From: an uncultured Spirochaetota bacterium
GTDB taxonomy: Bacteria > Spirochaetota > Spirochaetia > SZUA-6 > CAVTHK01
Length of the DNA: 64,000 nt
Reading direction: 5' to 3'
NCBI GenBank assembly: GCA_963734495.1
Contig: CAVTHK010000002.1
Span: forward strand, 128,001-192,000
Shown here: positions 1 through 11,195 of the stretch, in pieces
Numbering within the stretch: the stretch's first letter is position 1
Layout of the letters: each line of letters opens with the position of its first letter
Program-made: the position numbers and the translations under genes
Notes under the pieces: generated by a model
Told to the model about the DNA's origin: nothing
Databases searched by the model: none
The model's input: the letters and a program-made list of their open reading frames with translations, nothing else

Positions 1-649
1 CTCGATGCAGCCTCACCCGGTGTTCCGGCCGCTGCGTCTCGTCTCGGACAGGGGCGACGGCGAAGCGGTGCAGCCGGCGGCCCGGCTGCTCGGGCTGCTG
101 CCGCTCGGCCTGGCGATCCCGATGCTCGCGCTCGGCCTCGCGCGCCCGCCCGAACCGCGGGTCCCGGCCCCCGCTCGCATCGCGGGCGCGCGCGCCTACA
201 CCTGGCCCGTCCTCGAGCGGCTGTGGACCGAGGGTGCGGCTTCGCCTCTGCCTGATCTGGCCGACTACGTGGTGCACGTCGCGTACCAGGAGGCGCTGCC
301 CTACGGCCGCCCCTACGGGTTCCCGGTGGGCGACGTCGTGCTCCCGACGTACGCGGCGGGCCTCGAGCCGGGCGGGGTGCGCGGCAACGACGAGCTGGTG
401 ATCCGATACGACGATTCCTGGCTGTCCCGCGCGCTGAGCGAGCCCGCCGCAGGGAGCGTGGAGCGACTGCTACTTGACCAGCGTTCTCCTGTTCGGGTTA
501 AATACACGGCGCTCGGAGCGGCGTCTCCGGGCCTTTTGTTGTGGAACGGCTTGATGATCGCGCTCTACGGAGCGCTCGTTCTTTTTCCCCTCGAGACGCG
601 GAGCGCCCCGCCGCTCCGGCGCGAGGGAGCGCCTGACCGTCCGGGATGA
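1..649 (+). CDS. Hypothetical membrane protein, probably 5'-truncated by the window edge
   Basis: ORF 5..649 with two hydrophobic segments (LLGLLPLGLAIPMLALGL; LLLWNGLMIALYGALVLF). Ends 24 nt before rnfC. No recognisable family motif. Confidence 0.55.
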   Translation, partial: SMQPHPVFRPLRLVSDRGDGEAVQPAARLLGLLPLGLAIPMLALGLARPPEPRVPAPARIAGARAYTWPVLERLWTEGAASPLPDLADYVVHVAYQEALPYGRPYGFPVGDVVLPTYAAGLEPGGVRGNDELVIRYDDSWLSRALSEPAAGSVERLLLDQRSPVRVKYTALGAASPGLLLWNGLMIALYGALVLFPLETRSAPPLRREGAPDRPG

Positions 650-673
650 AGTGACCAACTCAGGAGCCTGCCC

Positions 674-2023
674 ATGCCCGCCCGCGCCCTGACCCGCCCG
701 CACGGCCGCACGTTCCCCCGCGGGGGCATCCACCCCCCGGGCGCCAAGGACCTGACGAGCACCAGCGAGGTGCGCAACGCGCCCGTCCCTTCGGTGGCCG
801 TCGTCGCGATGAGCCAGCACATGGGAAAGCCGGCCGAATGCATCGTGGCCGTCGGCGACGTGGTCCGCGAGGAGCAGCTGATCGGCAGGGCGCAGGGGAT
901 GTTCTCGGCCAACGTGCATTCGCCGGTGCCGGGCAAGGTGACCGAGCTGAGGCAGATCTACCTTCCCAACGGCGTGCGCACGCAGGCCGTCGTGATCGAG
1001 CTCGAGGGCAAGTTCGACCGTTCGGGCAGGGGCAAGGCGCGCAAGGAGTGGTCGGGCGCGGCGCCGAAGGAGCTGCTCGAGACGATCGCGGAAAAGGGCA
1101 TCGTCGGGCTCGGCGGTGCGGCCTTCCCCACCCACGTCAAGTACTTCGTGCGCGAAGGCCTGCGCTGCGAGCTGTTCGTGGCCAACGGCGTCGAGTGCGA
1201 GCCGTACCTGACCGCCGACCACCGGCTGATGCTCGAGAAGACCGACGAGGTCCTCGAGGGCATTGCCATCGTGCGGCGCATCCTCAACCCGGACCGCGTC
1301 GTCATCGCCATCGAGGAGAACAAGTCCGACGCCATCGCGCGGATGCGGGAGCGGGTCGCGGCCGCCGGGCTCGACGTCGAGGTGGCGCCGCTGCGGGTCA
1401 AGTATCCGCAGGGCGATGAGAAGCAGCTGCTCAAGGCCCTCACGGGGCGCGAGGTCCCGTCAGGCGGGCTGCCCATCGACGTCGGCGCGGTCGTCTCGAA
1501 CGTCGGGACGCTCCACGCGGTCCAGGAGGCCGTTGTCTACGGCAAGCCGCTGATCGAGCGCTTCGTGACCGTGACGGGGTCGTGCCTCGTGAACCCGGGG
1601 ACCCTCAAGGTGCGGATCGGAACCCGCATCCGCGACCTGATCGAGGAATGCGGAGGGTTCACCGAGGTGCCGGCCAAGGTCGTGGCCGGAGGCCCCATGA
1701 TGGGTCTGGCGGTGGCCGACCTCGAGCTGCCGGTCACCAAGGGGGTTTCGGGGATCATCGCCGTGGCGCGCGGGGAGGTTTCGCCGGGCGCCGAGACGAG
1801 CTGCCTGAGCTGCGGCCGCTGCGTCACGCACTGCCCGTTCGGCCTGAACCCGACCCGGCTCTACAAGCTGATCGATCACCTGCAGTACCAGGCGGCGCTC
1901 TCCGAAGGGCTGATGGACTGCAAGGAATGCGGGGTGTGCTCGTACGTCTGCCCCGCCGGCATACCGCTCACGCAGGGGCTGAAGCTCGGGAAGCTCGTTT
2001 CCCGCAGGAAGAAGGCCGGATAG
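674..2023 (+). CDS. rnfC: Rnf electron transport complex subunit C
   Basis: GIVGLGGAAFPTHVK, NGVECEPYLTAD and KYPQGDEKQL motifs, two CxxCxxCxxxCP clusters; AGGAG RBS upstream. Confidence 0.96.
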   Translation: MPARALTRPHGRTFPRGGIHPPGAKDLTSTSEVRNAPVPSVAVVAMSQHMGKPAECIVAVGDVVREEQLIGRAQGMFSANVHSPVPGKVTELRQIYLPNGVRTQAVVIELEGKFDRSGRGKARKEWSGAAPKELLETIAEKGIVGLGGAAFPTHVKYFVREGLRCELFVANGVECEPYLTADHRLMLEKTDEVLEGIAIVRRILNPDRVVIAIEENKSDAIARMRERVAAAGLDVEVAPLRVKYPQGDEKQLLKALTGREVPSGGLPIDVGAVVSNVGTLHAVQEAVVYGKPLIERFVTVTGSCLVNPGTLKVRIGTRIRDLIEECGGFTEVPAKVVAGGPMMGLAVADLELPVTKGVSGIIAVARGEVSPGAETSCLSCGRCVTHCPFGLNPTRLYKLIDHLQYQAALSEGLMDCKECGVCSYVCPAGIPLTQGLKLGKLVSRRKKAG

Positions 2024-3019
2024 ATGGGGAACCCGCTGCTCGTCACCGCGGCTCCGCACGTGCACAGCGGCGACACGACGGCCCGCATGATGTGGACGGT
2101 CTCCGCGACGCTGGCCCCCGCGGCGCTCTGGGGCGTCGCTTTGTTCGGGGTGCAGGCCCTCTGGGTCCTGCTCGCCTCGATCGCGGCCGCGACGCTCACC
2201 GAGCTCGCCTTCAACCTCTGGCTCAGGCGGAGGACCCTCGCCGACGGCAGCGCGTTCCTCACCGGGCTGCTCGTGGGGATGAACATGCCGCCGGCGGTCC
2301 CCGGGTTCATCCCGGTGGTCGCCTCGGTCTTCGCCATCGCGGTCGTCAAACAGACGTTTGGCGGCCTCGGCAGGAACTGGATGAACCCGGCGCTCGCGGG
2401 CCGCGTCTTCGTGCTCTTCTCCTGGACGGCCGAGATGACCGCCTGGACGCCGCCGCGCGGCCCCGGCCTGCTGCGCCTGCTCGGCGCGTCGCCCGCCGAC
2501 GCCGTCAGCGGCGCCACGCCGCTCGCCGGAAGCCCCGCCGAATGGCTCGCCCACGGGACGTACTGGGACCTCTTTATCGGCAACGTCCCCGGGTGCATCG
2601 GCGAGGTGTCCAAGCTGCTGCTGCTCGCGGGCGCGGCGGTGCTCTTCGCGCGGCGGATCATCACCTGGGAAATCCCGGGGTCCTACCTGGCGGCGTTCTT
2701 CGCGCTGACGTGGGTGCTGGGCGGGCTTCCCGCCGGCGCGGGCTTCCTCAAGGGCGACGTGCTCTTCCAGGCGCTTTCGGGCGGCCTGGTGCTGGGCGCC
2801 TTCTTCATGGCGACCGACATGGTCACCTCGCCGCTCACGCGCTCGGGCCAGCTCTGGTACGGCGCCGGCGCCGGGGCGCTGACGTTTCTCATCCGGTTCT
2901 TCGGCGGGCTGCCCGAGGGCGTCTCCCTGGCCATCATCCTGATGAACATGGCGGTGCCGGTGATCAACCAGCTCACGCGACCGACGCCCTTCGGCAACGC
3001 GAGGGAGACACGCCCATGA
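2024..3019 (+). CDS. rnfD: Rnf complex subunit D
   Basis: KQTFGGLGRNWMNPA, FMN-attachment motif DAVSGATPL, GCIGEVS, FFMATDMVTSP; polytopic membrane protein. Confidence 0.96.
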   Translation: MGNPLLVTAAPHVHSGDTTARMMWTVSATLAPAALWGVALFGVQALWVLLASIAAATLTELAFNLWLRRRTLADGSAFLTGLLVGMNMPPAVPGFIPVVASVFAIAVVKQTFGGLGRNWMNPALAGRVFVLFSWTAEMTAWTPPRGPGLLRLLGASPADAVSGATPLAGSPAEWLAHGTYWDLFIGNVPGCIGEVSKLLLLAGAAVLFARRIITWEIPGSYLAAFFALTWVLGGLPAGAGFLKGDVLFQALSGGLVLGAFFMATDMVTSPLTRSGQLWYGAGAGALTFLIRFFGGLPEGVSLAIILMNMAVPVINQLTRPTPFGNARETRP

Positions 3020-3700
3020 GCGACCAGGCGCGCTCGCCCATGCAGATCGGGGTCCGGCTCTTCATGATCTGTACGGCCGCGGCCGTCGGCCTCGGGCTGG
3101 TCAACGAGATCACCGAGCCGAGGATCGCGGCGCAGCGCGTCGCGGACCGCCGGCAAGTGATCGTCTCGTTCCTCGACAAAGGCAAGGCGGGCGCGGCGGT
3201 CGCCGGGAGCGGCGGCGTGGAGGAGTACTACGCGGTCGCCGACGGTGACAAGGCGCTGGGCTACGTGCTCGCGCTCGTCGGGACCGGCTACGGCGGCGAG
3301 CTCAGGCTGCTCGCCTATTACGGCGTCGACGGCGCGATCCGCGTCGCAAGGCTCGTCGACGACCAGGAGACGCCGGGCCTCGGCAAGAAGGCGGAGACCG
3401 AGCAGTACATGGCGGTGTTTGCGGGCACGGGCGGCGAGCGGCCGGTCCCCGTGAGCAAGGCTATGCTGGCGGCGGGGCGGGCGCGGGGGCGCGGCGGGCG
3501 CGGCGGCGCCGGCAGCTCAAGCCGCCGGCTCGTGGGCGTCGATGAGCCGGGGCGGGCTGCGGGGCTGGTTGTTCGGCAGCTCCGGCGGCGCCGGCAGCCC
3601 GGCCGACGCGGTGACCGGCGCCACGATCACATTCAAGGGCGTGTCCGCGGCCCTGGCCGAAGGCTCCCGGTTCGTCAAGGCGCTCGGCGGGAGGAAGTGA
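3016..3700 (+). CDS. rnfG: Rnf complex subunit G (FMN-binding); one apparent sequencing frameshift near 3475-3540
   Basis: N-terminal TM, GTGYGG and ETPGLG in the first frame; ADAVTGATIT (FMN Thr) and stop TGA 3698-3700 in a shifted frame. ATGA overlap with rnfD. Confidence 0.88.
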
Positions 3701-4380
3701 TGTTTCGCGAGCTCACCAAGGGTCTCGTCAAGGAGAACCCCATCTTCATCATCATGCTCGGGCTCTGCCCGACGCTGGCGGTCTCCACGCAGGTCGTCAA
3801 CGGCCTCGGGATGGGGGCGGGGGTCATCTTCGTGCTCCTGGGGAGCAACATCCTGATCTCGGCGCTGCGGACCTACATCCCCGAGCAGGTCCGCATCCCG
3901 GCCTACATCGTCATCATCGCGGGCTTCGTCACCATCGTGGACCTCGCGATGCAGGCCTACGCCCCGGCGCTCTCGAAGGCTTTGGGCGTCTACGTGCAGC
4001 TCATCGTCGTCAACTGCATCATCCTCGGCAGGGCGGAGGCGTTCGCGAGCAAGGCCTCGGTCGGCGCCTCGGTGCTGGACGCGATCGGCATGGGCCTCGG
4101 GTTCACGGGCAGCCTGACGCTGATCGCCCTCATCCGCGAGGTGCTCGGCGCAGGGACGATCACCCTGTTCCCGATCCCCTCGCTCGGGTTCGAAGGCGTC
4201 GTGGAGGTCCCTGGCCTCCACACCTACCCGGTGAGGGTCATCGGGCTCGCGGCGGGCGCGCTGCTGCTCATGGGCTACCTCAAGGCGCTCTTCGGAGTCT
4301 TCGAGACGAAGGCCAGGGAGCGGAAGGCGCTCGCCGACGCTCGTGCGCGGGCCGCGGCCGCCGAGAGGAGCGTGGCATGA
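3700..4380 (+). CDS. rnfE: Rnf complex subunit E
   Basis: ENPIFIIMLGLCPTLAVS, LIVVNCIILGRAEAFA; TGATG coupling to rnfG. Confidence 0.95.
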   Translation: MFRELTKGLVKENPIFIIMLGLCPTLAVSTQVVNGLGMGAGVIFVLLGSNILISALRTYIPEQVRIPAYIVIIAGFVTIVDLAMQAYAPALSKALGVYVQLIVVNCIILGRAEAFASKASVGASVLDAIGMGLGFTGSLTLIALIREVLGAGTITLFPIPSLGFEGVVEVPGLHTYPVRVIGLAAGALLLMGYLKALFGVFETKARERKALADARARAAAAERSVA

Positions 4381-4968
4381 CCTACGTCGGCATCGTGATC
4401 ACGTTCGTCTTCGTCAGCAACTTCATCCTGGCGCAGTTCCTCGGGCTGTGCCCGTTCATCGGCGTCTCGAAGAAGATGGAGTCCGCCGTGGGCATGGGCT
4501 TCGCCGTCACGTTCGTGACGTCGCTCGCGGCCCTGGTCACCTGGGCCGTCTATCACTGGATCCTCGTGCCGCTCGACCTCGCCTTCCTGCAGACCGTCGC
4601 CTTCATCCTGGTGATCGCGGCCCTCGTCCAGTTCGTCGAGCTCGTGATCCAGAGGATCTCCCCGCCGCTCTACAAGGCGCTCGGGATCTACCTGCCGCTG
4701 ATCACGACCAACTGCGCGGTCCTCGGCATCGCGCTCATCGCGGTGCGCAGCTCCTACGGCGCGCTCGAGAGCTTCGTCGCCGGCGCGTCGGCGGGCATAG
4801 GCTTCCTCCTGGCGATCGTGCTCATGTCGGCGCTGCGGGAGAAGTTCGAGACCGAGTGGATCCCCAAGGCCGTTCCGCGGAGTGCCCATCGCTTTCGTGA
4901 CCGCCGGCCTCATGGCGCTCGCGTTCATGGCATTCGACAAGGCCCTGCTGAAGAACCTGATCGGATGA
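4377..4968 (+). CDS. rnfA: Rnf complex subunit A; one apparent frameshift near 4870
   Basis: NFILAQFLGLCPF, LGIYLPLITTNCAVLG. The C-terminus FRGVPIAFVTAGLMALAF...TGA(4966-4968) lies in a shifted frame. Confidence 0.93.
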
Positions 4969-4985
4969 TCCGGGGGGACCTGCAG

Positions 4986-5801
4986 ATGAACATTCTGCGG
5001 ATCGTGGCGTCGTTCGTGTCGGTCGCGGGCATGGGGCTGGCGTTCGGCGTCGGGCTGGCGATCGCGGCGCGCATCCTGGAGGTCAGAAAGGACCGCCGGC
5101 TCGCGGGCGTCGAGGCGGTGCTGCCCGGCCTCAACTGCGGCGCCTGCGGCTACGCGGGGTGCCCGGCCTATGCGGCGGCCCTGTCGCGGGAGGAGGAGGC
5201 GCGGCTCGACCTCTGCCTGCCCGGCGGCGCCGAGGTCGCCTCGAAGCTCGCCTCCCTCATGGGCAAGGAGACGACCTGGACGCGCGAAAAGATGGTGACG
5301 CAGGTCCACTGCCGGGGCGGGCGCGACACGGCGAAGGTCAAGTTCGAGTACCGCGGCGTGCAGGACTGCAACGCCCTGTACGCGCTCTACGGCGGGGACA
5401 AGGTCTGCACGTTCGGCTGCCTGGGCCTGGGGAGCTGCATCCGGGTCTGCCCGGTCGACGCGATCGACACCGACGCGAAGGGGCTGGTCTGGGTCGACAA
5501 GGACAAGTGCATCAGCTGCGGGAAATGCGTCGACATCTGCCCCACGCGGGTCATGCAGTGGGTCCCCTACACGGCCGACCTGATCGTGGCCTGCAGCTCG
5601 ACGGACGACCTGCGGACGGTGAAAAGCTACTGTTCCGTGGGCTGCATTGGGTGTAAGATCTGTGAGAAGAAGTCCCCCGAGGGGGGCTACAAGGTGGAGA
5701 ACTTCCTGTCGCGCATCGACTACAAGGCGGCCGGCGACAGGAAGGCGGGAGCGGAAGCGTGTCCGCCCAGGTGCATCGTTCCGAATGTCAACAACGTGTA
5801 G
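4986..5801 (+). CDS. rnfB: Rnf complex subunit B (polyferredoxin)
   Basis: N-terminal TM, LPGLNCGACGYAGC, GCLGLGSCIRVCP, CISCGKCVDICP, GCIGCKIC. Confidence 0.93.
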   Translation: MNILRIVASFVSVAGMGLAFGVGLAIAARILEVRKDRRLAGVEAVLPGLNCGACGYAGCPAYAAALSREEEARLDLCLPGGAEVASKLASLMGKETTWTREKMVTQVHCRGGRDTAKVKFEYRGVQDCNALYALYGGDKVCTFGCLGLGSCIRVCPVDAIDTDAKGLVWVDKDKCISCGKCVDICPTRVMQWVPYTADLIVACSSTDDLRTVKSYCSVGCIGCKICEKKSPEGGYKVENFLSRIDYKAAGDRKAGAEACPPRCIVPNVNNV

Positions 5802-5812
5802 CCAGTCGATAG

Positions 5813-7759
5813 ATGAAGAGAGTCCGGCTCGTATTCGGGACCCATAACGCGCTCGCCGTCGGCGACTACGACTTCGTCTTCGAGCGCGTCTACCAGAGAG
5901 CCTACAAACCGTTCCTGACGGTGCTCAACCGTTTCCCGGAATTCCCGGCCGTGCTGCATTACTCGGGGGTGCTGCTCGAGTGGTTCGAGAGGAACCACCC
6001 CGAAATCCTCATGCTGCTCGGCGACATGGTCAAGCGGCGCCAGGTGGAGCTGCTCACGGGAGGCTACTACGAGCCGCTGCTGCCCCTGATCCCGCAGGCC
6101 GACCGCCTGGGCCAGATCGAAAAGCTCACCACGTTCGTCCGCAGCCGCTTCGGGAGGAGGCCACGCGGCGGGTGGCTCGCCGAGCGGGTCTGGGACCCGT
6201 CGCTGGTGTCCGCCCTGACCAACGGCGGCATCGAGTACACGTTTCTCGGCGAGGGCCATTTCCGCGCCGCCGGGCTCGAGAGCGCGGAGCTGTGCTTCGC
6301 GTGCATGACCGAGGACCAGGGCCGATCCCTCGCCGTGTTCCCGCTCTCCGACGCGCTCGCGGCGCGCATGACCGCCGATTCCCCCGAAGAGGTCGTGGCC
6401 GCCATCGCGCGGCTGGCCGACGCCTCCGGCGAGCGCGTGGTCTCCCTCATCGAGGACGGCGAGCGGCTCGGCGACTGGGAGGGCAGCTACCAGACCTGCT
6501 ACGAGGAGCGGTGGCTCGAGCGCTTCTTCGAGGCGCTCGCGGCCCGGCGCGAGGTGATCGAGCCGGTGACCCCGTCGCAGCACCTCAAGGACGCGCTGCC
6601 GCGCCACAGGCTCTACTTCCCGGCCACCTCCTACGCGCAGCTGATGAGCTGGGACGGCAGGCGGCGCAGCGACTCGGGGCCGGTGTTCCGCCATTTTCTC
6701 TCCCGCTATCCCGAGAGCAACCTGCTCTATGCCCGCATGCTCTACACCCACCTCCTCGTGAGCCAGATCAGGGGCGACAAGACCCGCAAAAAGGTCGCCA
6801 GCGAGGAGATGTGGAAGGGTCAGTGCGCGAGCGTGTACTGGCACAGCCGCCACGGCGGCATCTATTCCAGCCACCTGCGCAAGCGGGCCTACCAGGCGTT
6901 CATCGACGCGGAGAAGCTCACCCGCGACAACGGTCTCTTCCTGCCCTCGATCAACTCCCTCGACTTCGATTTCGACGGGCACAAGGAGTTCCTGTTCCAC
7001 GGCGCCAACATCGATGCCTACGTGCACTCGACGGGCGGGGCCATCTTCGAGTTCGATTTCGTCCCCTCGAGCTGGAACTACGGCGCGGGCCTGTCGCGGC
7101 AGCGTGAGGAGTACCACCGCAGCGAGGACAAGACCTTCGATCCTTATCCGAGGCGGATCTTCGTGGATCACGTCTTCGGGCCCAGGACGACGCTCGAGAG
7201 CTTCCGCTCCATGAGCTATGCGCCGATCGCCGGTTTCGCCTCGGCGATCTACCAGCTCGAGGAGCTCGACCGGGAGAACCGGGAGCTCGCGCTCTCCCGC
7301 GAAGAGCCCGTGAACGATTCGTCGCTCAGGATCACGAAGCTCTTCCGGTTCAAGAAGTCCGGCGTCCAGCTGCGCTATACGCTGGCGAACCGCGGAGAAA
7401 AGGCGCTCCAGCTCTGGTTCGGGTCCGAGGTGAACCTGTCGTTCGCTTCGGGAATCGCGAAGACGCTGCGCATCAGCCGCGAAGGCGCGGACGACGGGGA
7501 CGAGGTGAGCCCCGAGGGCGCCTCCCTGTCCGCGACCAGCGGCATGGAGATGCGCGACCTGGTCAACAACGTGCTCCTCAAGCTGCGCGCCGACCGGCCG
7601 GCCGAGCTGTGGTGCTTCGCGGTGGAGAGCGTCCACCGCAACTGCCAGGCCTGGGAGCGGGAGTACCAGTCCACGTGCCTGCTGCCCCGGTGGGAGGTAG
7701 CCCTCGAGCCGGGAGCCTCCTGGAAGGTGGAGCTCTCCCTCACAGCCGCGCGGCTGTGA
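5813..7759 (+). CDS. GH57 family alpha-amylase/4-alpha-glucanotransferase-like protein
   Basis: LHYSGVLLEW, ELLTGGYYEPLLPLIP, GGWLAERVW (nucleophile Glu), EDGERLG; 648 aa with a C-terminal beta-rich domain. Confidence 0.88.
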   Translation: MKRVRLVFGTHNALAVGDYDFVFERVYQRAYKPFLTVLNRFPEFPAVLHYSGVLLEWFERNHPEILMLLGDMVKRRQVELLTGGYYEPLLPLIPQADRLGQIEKLTTFVRSRFGRRPRGGWLAERVWDPSLVSALTNGGIEYTFLGEGHFRAAGLESAELCFACMTEDQGRSLAVFPLSDALAARMTADSPEEVVAAIARLADASGERVVSLIEDGERLGDWEGSYQTCYEERWLERFFEALAARREVIEPVTPSQHLKDALPRHRLYFPATSYAQLMSWDGRRRSDSGPVFRHFLSRYPESNLLYARMLYTHLLVSQIRGDKTRKKVASEEMWKGQCASVYWHSRHGGIYSSHLRKRAYQAFIDAEKLTRDNGLFLPSINSLDFDFDGHKEFLFHGANIDAYVHSTGGAIFEFDFVPSSWNYGAGLSRQREEYHRSEDKTFDPYPRRIFVDHVFGPRTTLESFRSMSYAPIAGFASAIYQLEELDRENRELALSREEPVNDSSLRITKLFRFKKSGVQLRYTLANRGEKALQLWFGSEVNLSFASGIAKTLRISREGADDGDEVSPEGASLSATSGMEMRDLVNNVLLKLRADRPAELWCFAVESVHRNCQAWEREYQSTCLLPRWEVALEPGASWKVELSLTAARL

Positions 7760-7782
7760 CCTGCCCGCTCTCCGCGGGTGTG

Positions 7783-7814
7783 GGCGTCGCGCCCGCTCCG
7801 CGGGCGGCGACGCC
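7783..7814. terminator. GC-rich hairpin between the convergent GH57 and icd genes (possible bidirectional terminator)
   Basis: GGCGTCGC-GCCCGC-tcc-GCGGGC-g-GCGACGCC inverted repeat; no U-tract. Confidence 0.5.
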
Positions 7815-7815
7815 G

Positions 7816-9024
<1,209 letters not shown>

Positions 9025-9118
9025 TTCTTGGTCTCCTTGTTGCCGGAGCGCGGCGCGTCCGCCGGCGATCGGAAGCCCGGTTGGACGCGCAGCGCCAAAT
9101 ATGGTATGAACCCCGGGA

Positions 9119-10162
9119 ATGCGGCAAGCTTTGCACGGGGCCTTCGCCTCTGTCGGTCTCGCCGCGCTGGTCGGCCTGGCCGGCTGCCGGGACACGGGCT
9201 CCTACTACATGGTCGGCGGCGTGCAGGACCGGCGCGTGCTCCACTCGCTGTTCTCGCGGCTGGACCAGGCCGAGGGGCCTGCGAGCTTCACGCTGATCAA
9301 GACGATCTCCGACATCCTCTCGCGCACGGGGCATCTGCCGAGGCAGATCCTGTTCCTCACGCAGCACGTCGAGCTGCACCCCGACGACCCCTACAACTCC
9401 GTGTACCTCCTCATGGTCGCCAGGGCCTACGAGGACCTCAAGGCGGAGCCGTTCGCGGTACAGTACTACGACCGCATCCTCAAGAACTACCCCGATCTCA
9501 TCGTCAGCGGCGGCAGCGTCCACTACCTGTGCCTCACCCGGCTCCTCGACCTCGTGACCGACACCGAGAGGCGCATCGAGTACTACAAGGAGCTCATCGC
9601 CCGCTTCGGCGACCAGGTCGACGTCGGGAACACCTGGTACTACCTGGCGACCGCGTACGAGGAAGTCGGGGCCTGGGACCAGTCCATCCAGGCCTACAAG
9701 CGCTTCCTGCGCTTCCCGGACGCGCGGATCCCCGGGAAGCCGGACGTGCATGCGGAAATCACCCAGAAGGTCGCCTTCTACGACTCCAACAAGGACTGGA
9801 CCGTCCCCGACCTGCAGTTCCTGGTCTCCGAGGTCCGCGACGCCCTGGTGACGCAGAACCTCCGCAAGCTCACCCGGTACAAGGCGCGCAGCTTCTTCTC
9901 CAAGTACTGGGGCCAGCGCGATCTCATTGCGATCCAGGCGCAGGACTTCGACATTACCGAGTGGGTGAGGAGGTCGCGCGTCCAGGTCGCCCAGGAGCTG
10001 GAGCCGCAGTCCAATTCGCGGGAGGCGTACCTGAAGACGTGGAACTGGTTCTTCAGCGTATCCACCTGGTACCTCTATTTCCGCCGCGTCGACTTTCCGG
10101 CGGACCCCGAGATCGACGGCCGCTGGGAGTGGGCGGGCGTCTACTTCGGCGACGGCGGGTGA
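9119..10162 (+). CDS. Tetratricopeptide-repeat lipoprotein
   Basis: Lipobox LAGC after a hydrophobic stretch; TPR-like helices ([37 protein letters not shown]). Confidence 0.75.
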   Translation: MRQALHGAFASVGLAALVGLAGCRDTGSYYMVGGVQDRRVLHSLFSRLDQAEGPASFTLIKTISDILSRTGHLPRQILFLTQHVELHPDDPYNSVYLLMVARAYEDLKAEPFAVQYYDRILKNYPDLIVSGGSVHYLCLTRLLDLVTDTERRIEYYKELIARFGDQVDVGNTWYYLATAYEEVGAWDQSIQAYKRFLRFPDARIPGKPDVHAEITQKVAFYDSNKDWTVPDLQFLVSEVRDALVTQNLRKLTRYKARSFFSKYWGQRDLIAIQAQDFDITEWVRRSRVQVAQELEPQSNSREAYLKTWNWFFSVSTWYLYFRRVDFPADPEIDGRWEWAGVYFGDGG

Positions 10163-10205
10163 CGGGGGGGGCACGCGGGCCTCATCCCGCGCGGCGCGAG
10201 GTCCG

Positions 10206-11111
10206 ATGACTCTAGACGTGAGCCGCTTCCTGCTCGCGTGCGCGGCGCTCGCCGCGGCGCTGCCCCTGACACAGCCGTCCGCCGAAGGACACGCGGGCCG
10301 CACGAGCGGCCGTGTCGACTGGGCCGCGGGCCGCGTCGTGATCGAAAGCTCCGTCCCGATCGCGGGGTACGCCGACCCCCGTGCGCGGTTCGAGGCCGAA
10401 ACCGAGTCACGGGCCGGGTTGCCCGGGCTGTTTCTGAGCTATGCACCCGCGCTGGTGATCTCTTCGTGGGACACGCTGGGCACCGCGGCGGCCGCGGACC
10501 CGACCCTCACCGCGTCGCTCGCGGGGATCGCGGGAGACGGGAGGCTCGACGGCTCCAGCATGTCCGAAGACCTGGCCACGGCGCGGCTCGCCTGGAGCTT
10601 CCCCCTGTTCGGTCCGGGGGGAGTGGCTTCGCTGCTCGTGACCCACCAGGTCCCGTCCCCACTGCCGCGTGCGCTCGGCGACGTGGCGGCGGCGCGCTAC
10701 ACCGGCGTCGTCATCTATGCGGCCGACCCTCTGCCCTCGTACGGGACCTCGGCGCGGCGGCTGCCGCGGCCCGCCCTCTTCCCGCGCATCTTCGACGACG
10801 GGATGAGCCTCGTGCTGGACAAGGAGATGTGCGATCCGGCGAGCCTCCTGCGCTGGGGCATGGTCGCGTATGCCGGCGACCCGGCGGATCCCGGCTCCGC
10901 GGAACGCGTCGGGTCGAACCCGCTGCGGATCCTCGCGCGCGGCGTCTTCGGCCGCAACGACACCGACCTCCTGATCCCGCGCGAGAGCGCCCGCAGGCTG
11001 CTCGCGAGCGACGAAAACCGCCGGCTGCTGCAGGAGGGCCGCATCGTCGTCGTCTACCGCAGCGTCACGACCCCGCTGGAGCAGGCCGCCGCGGCCGCCC
11101 CGCGGCCCTGA
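10206..11111 (+). CDS. Conserved secreted hypothetical protein
   Basis: Signal peptide; well-formed C-terminal domain (YTGVVIYA...PALFPRIFD...WGMVAY...NPLRILARGVFG); coding-like codon usage. Confidence 0.65.
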   Translation: MTLDVSRFLLACAALAAALPLTQPSAEGHAGRTSGRVDWAAGRVVIESSVPIAGYADPRARFEAETESRAGLPGLFLSYAPALVISSWDTLGTAAAADPTLTASLAGIAGDGRLDGSSMSEDLATARLAWSFPLFGPGGVASLLVTHQVPSPLPRALGDVAAARYTGVVIYAADPLPSYGTSARRLPRPALFPRIFDDGMSLVLDKEMCDPASLLRWGMVAYAGDPADPGSAERVGSNPLRILARGVFGRNDTDLLIPRESARRLLASDENRRLLQEGRIVVVYRSVTTPLEQAAAAAPRP

Positions 11112-11154
11112 TGGCGGCGGGGCTCCGCGCCCGGCACCGGCTTCCCCCGAAAAG

Positions 11155-11183
11155 TTGACTAAGTCGGCCGCTACCGGGATACT
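11155..11183 (+). promoter_or_regulatory. Putative sigma70 promoter
   Basis: TTGACT-17 nt-GATACT just upstream of the ATG at 11196. Confidence 0.5.
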
Positions 11184-11195
11184 GCTGCCAAAGCC

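Noticed and set aside
1582-4380. Apparent RnfG-RnfE fusion (932-aa ORF)
   Set aside because: Produced by a frameshift in rnfG; the TGAT motif and stop at 3700 are in the shifted frame.
4377-5801. Apparent RnfA-RnfB fusion (474 aa)
   Set aside because: The RnfA C-terminus and stop (4968) lie in another frame after an extra base near 4870; RnfB has its own ATG at 4986.
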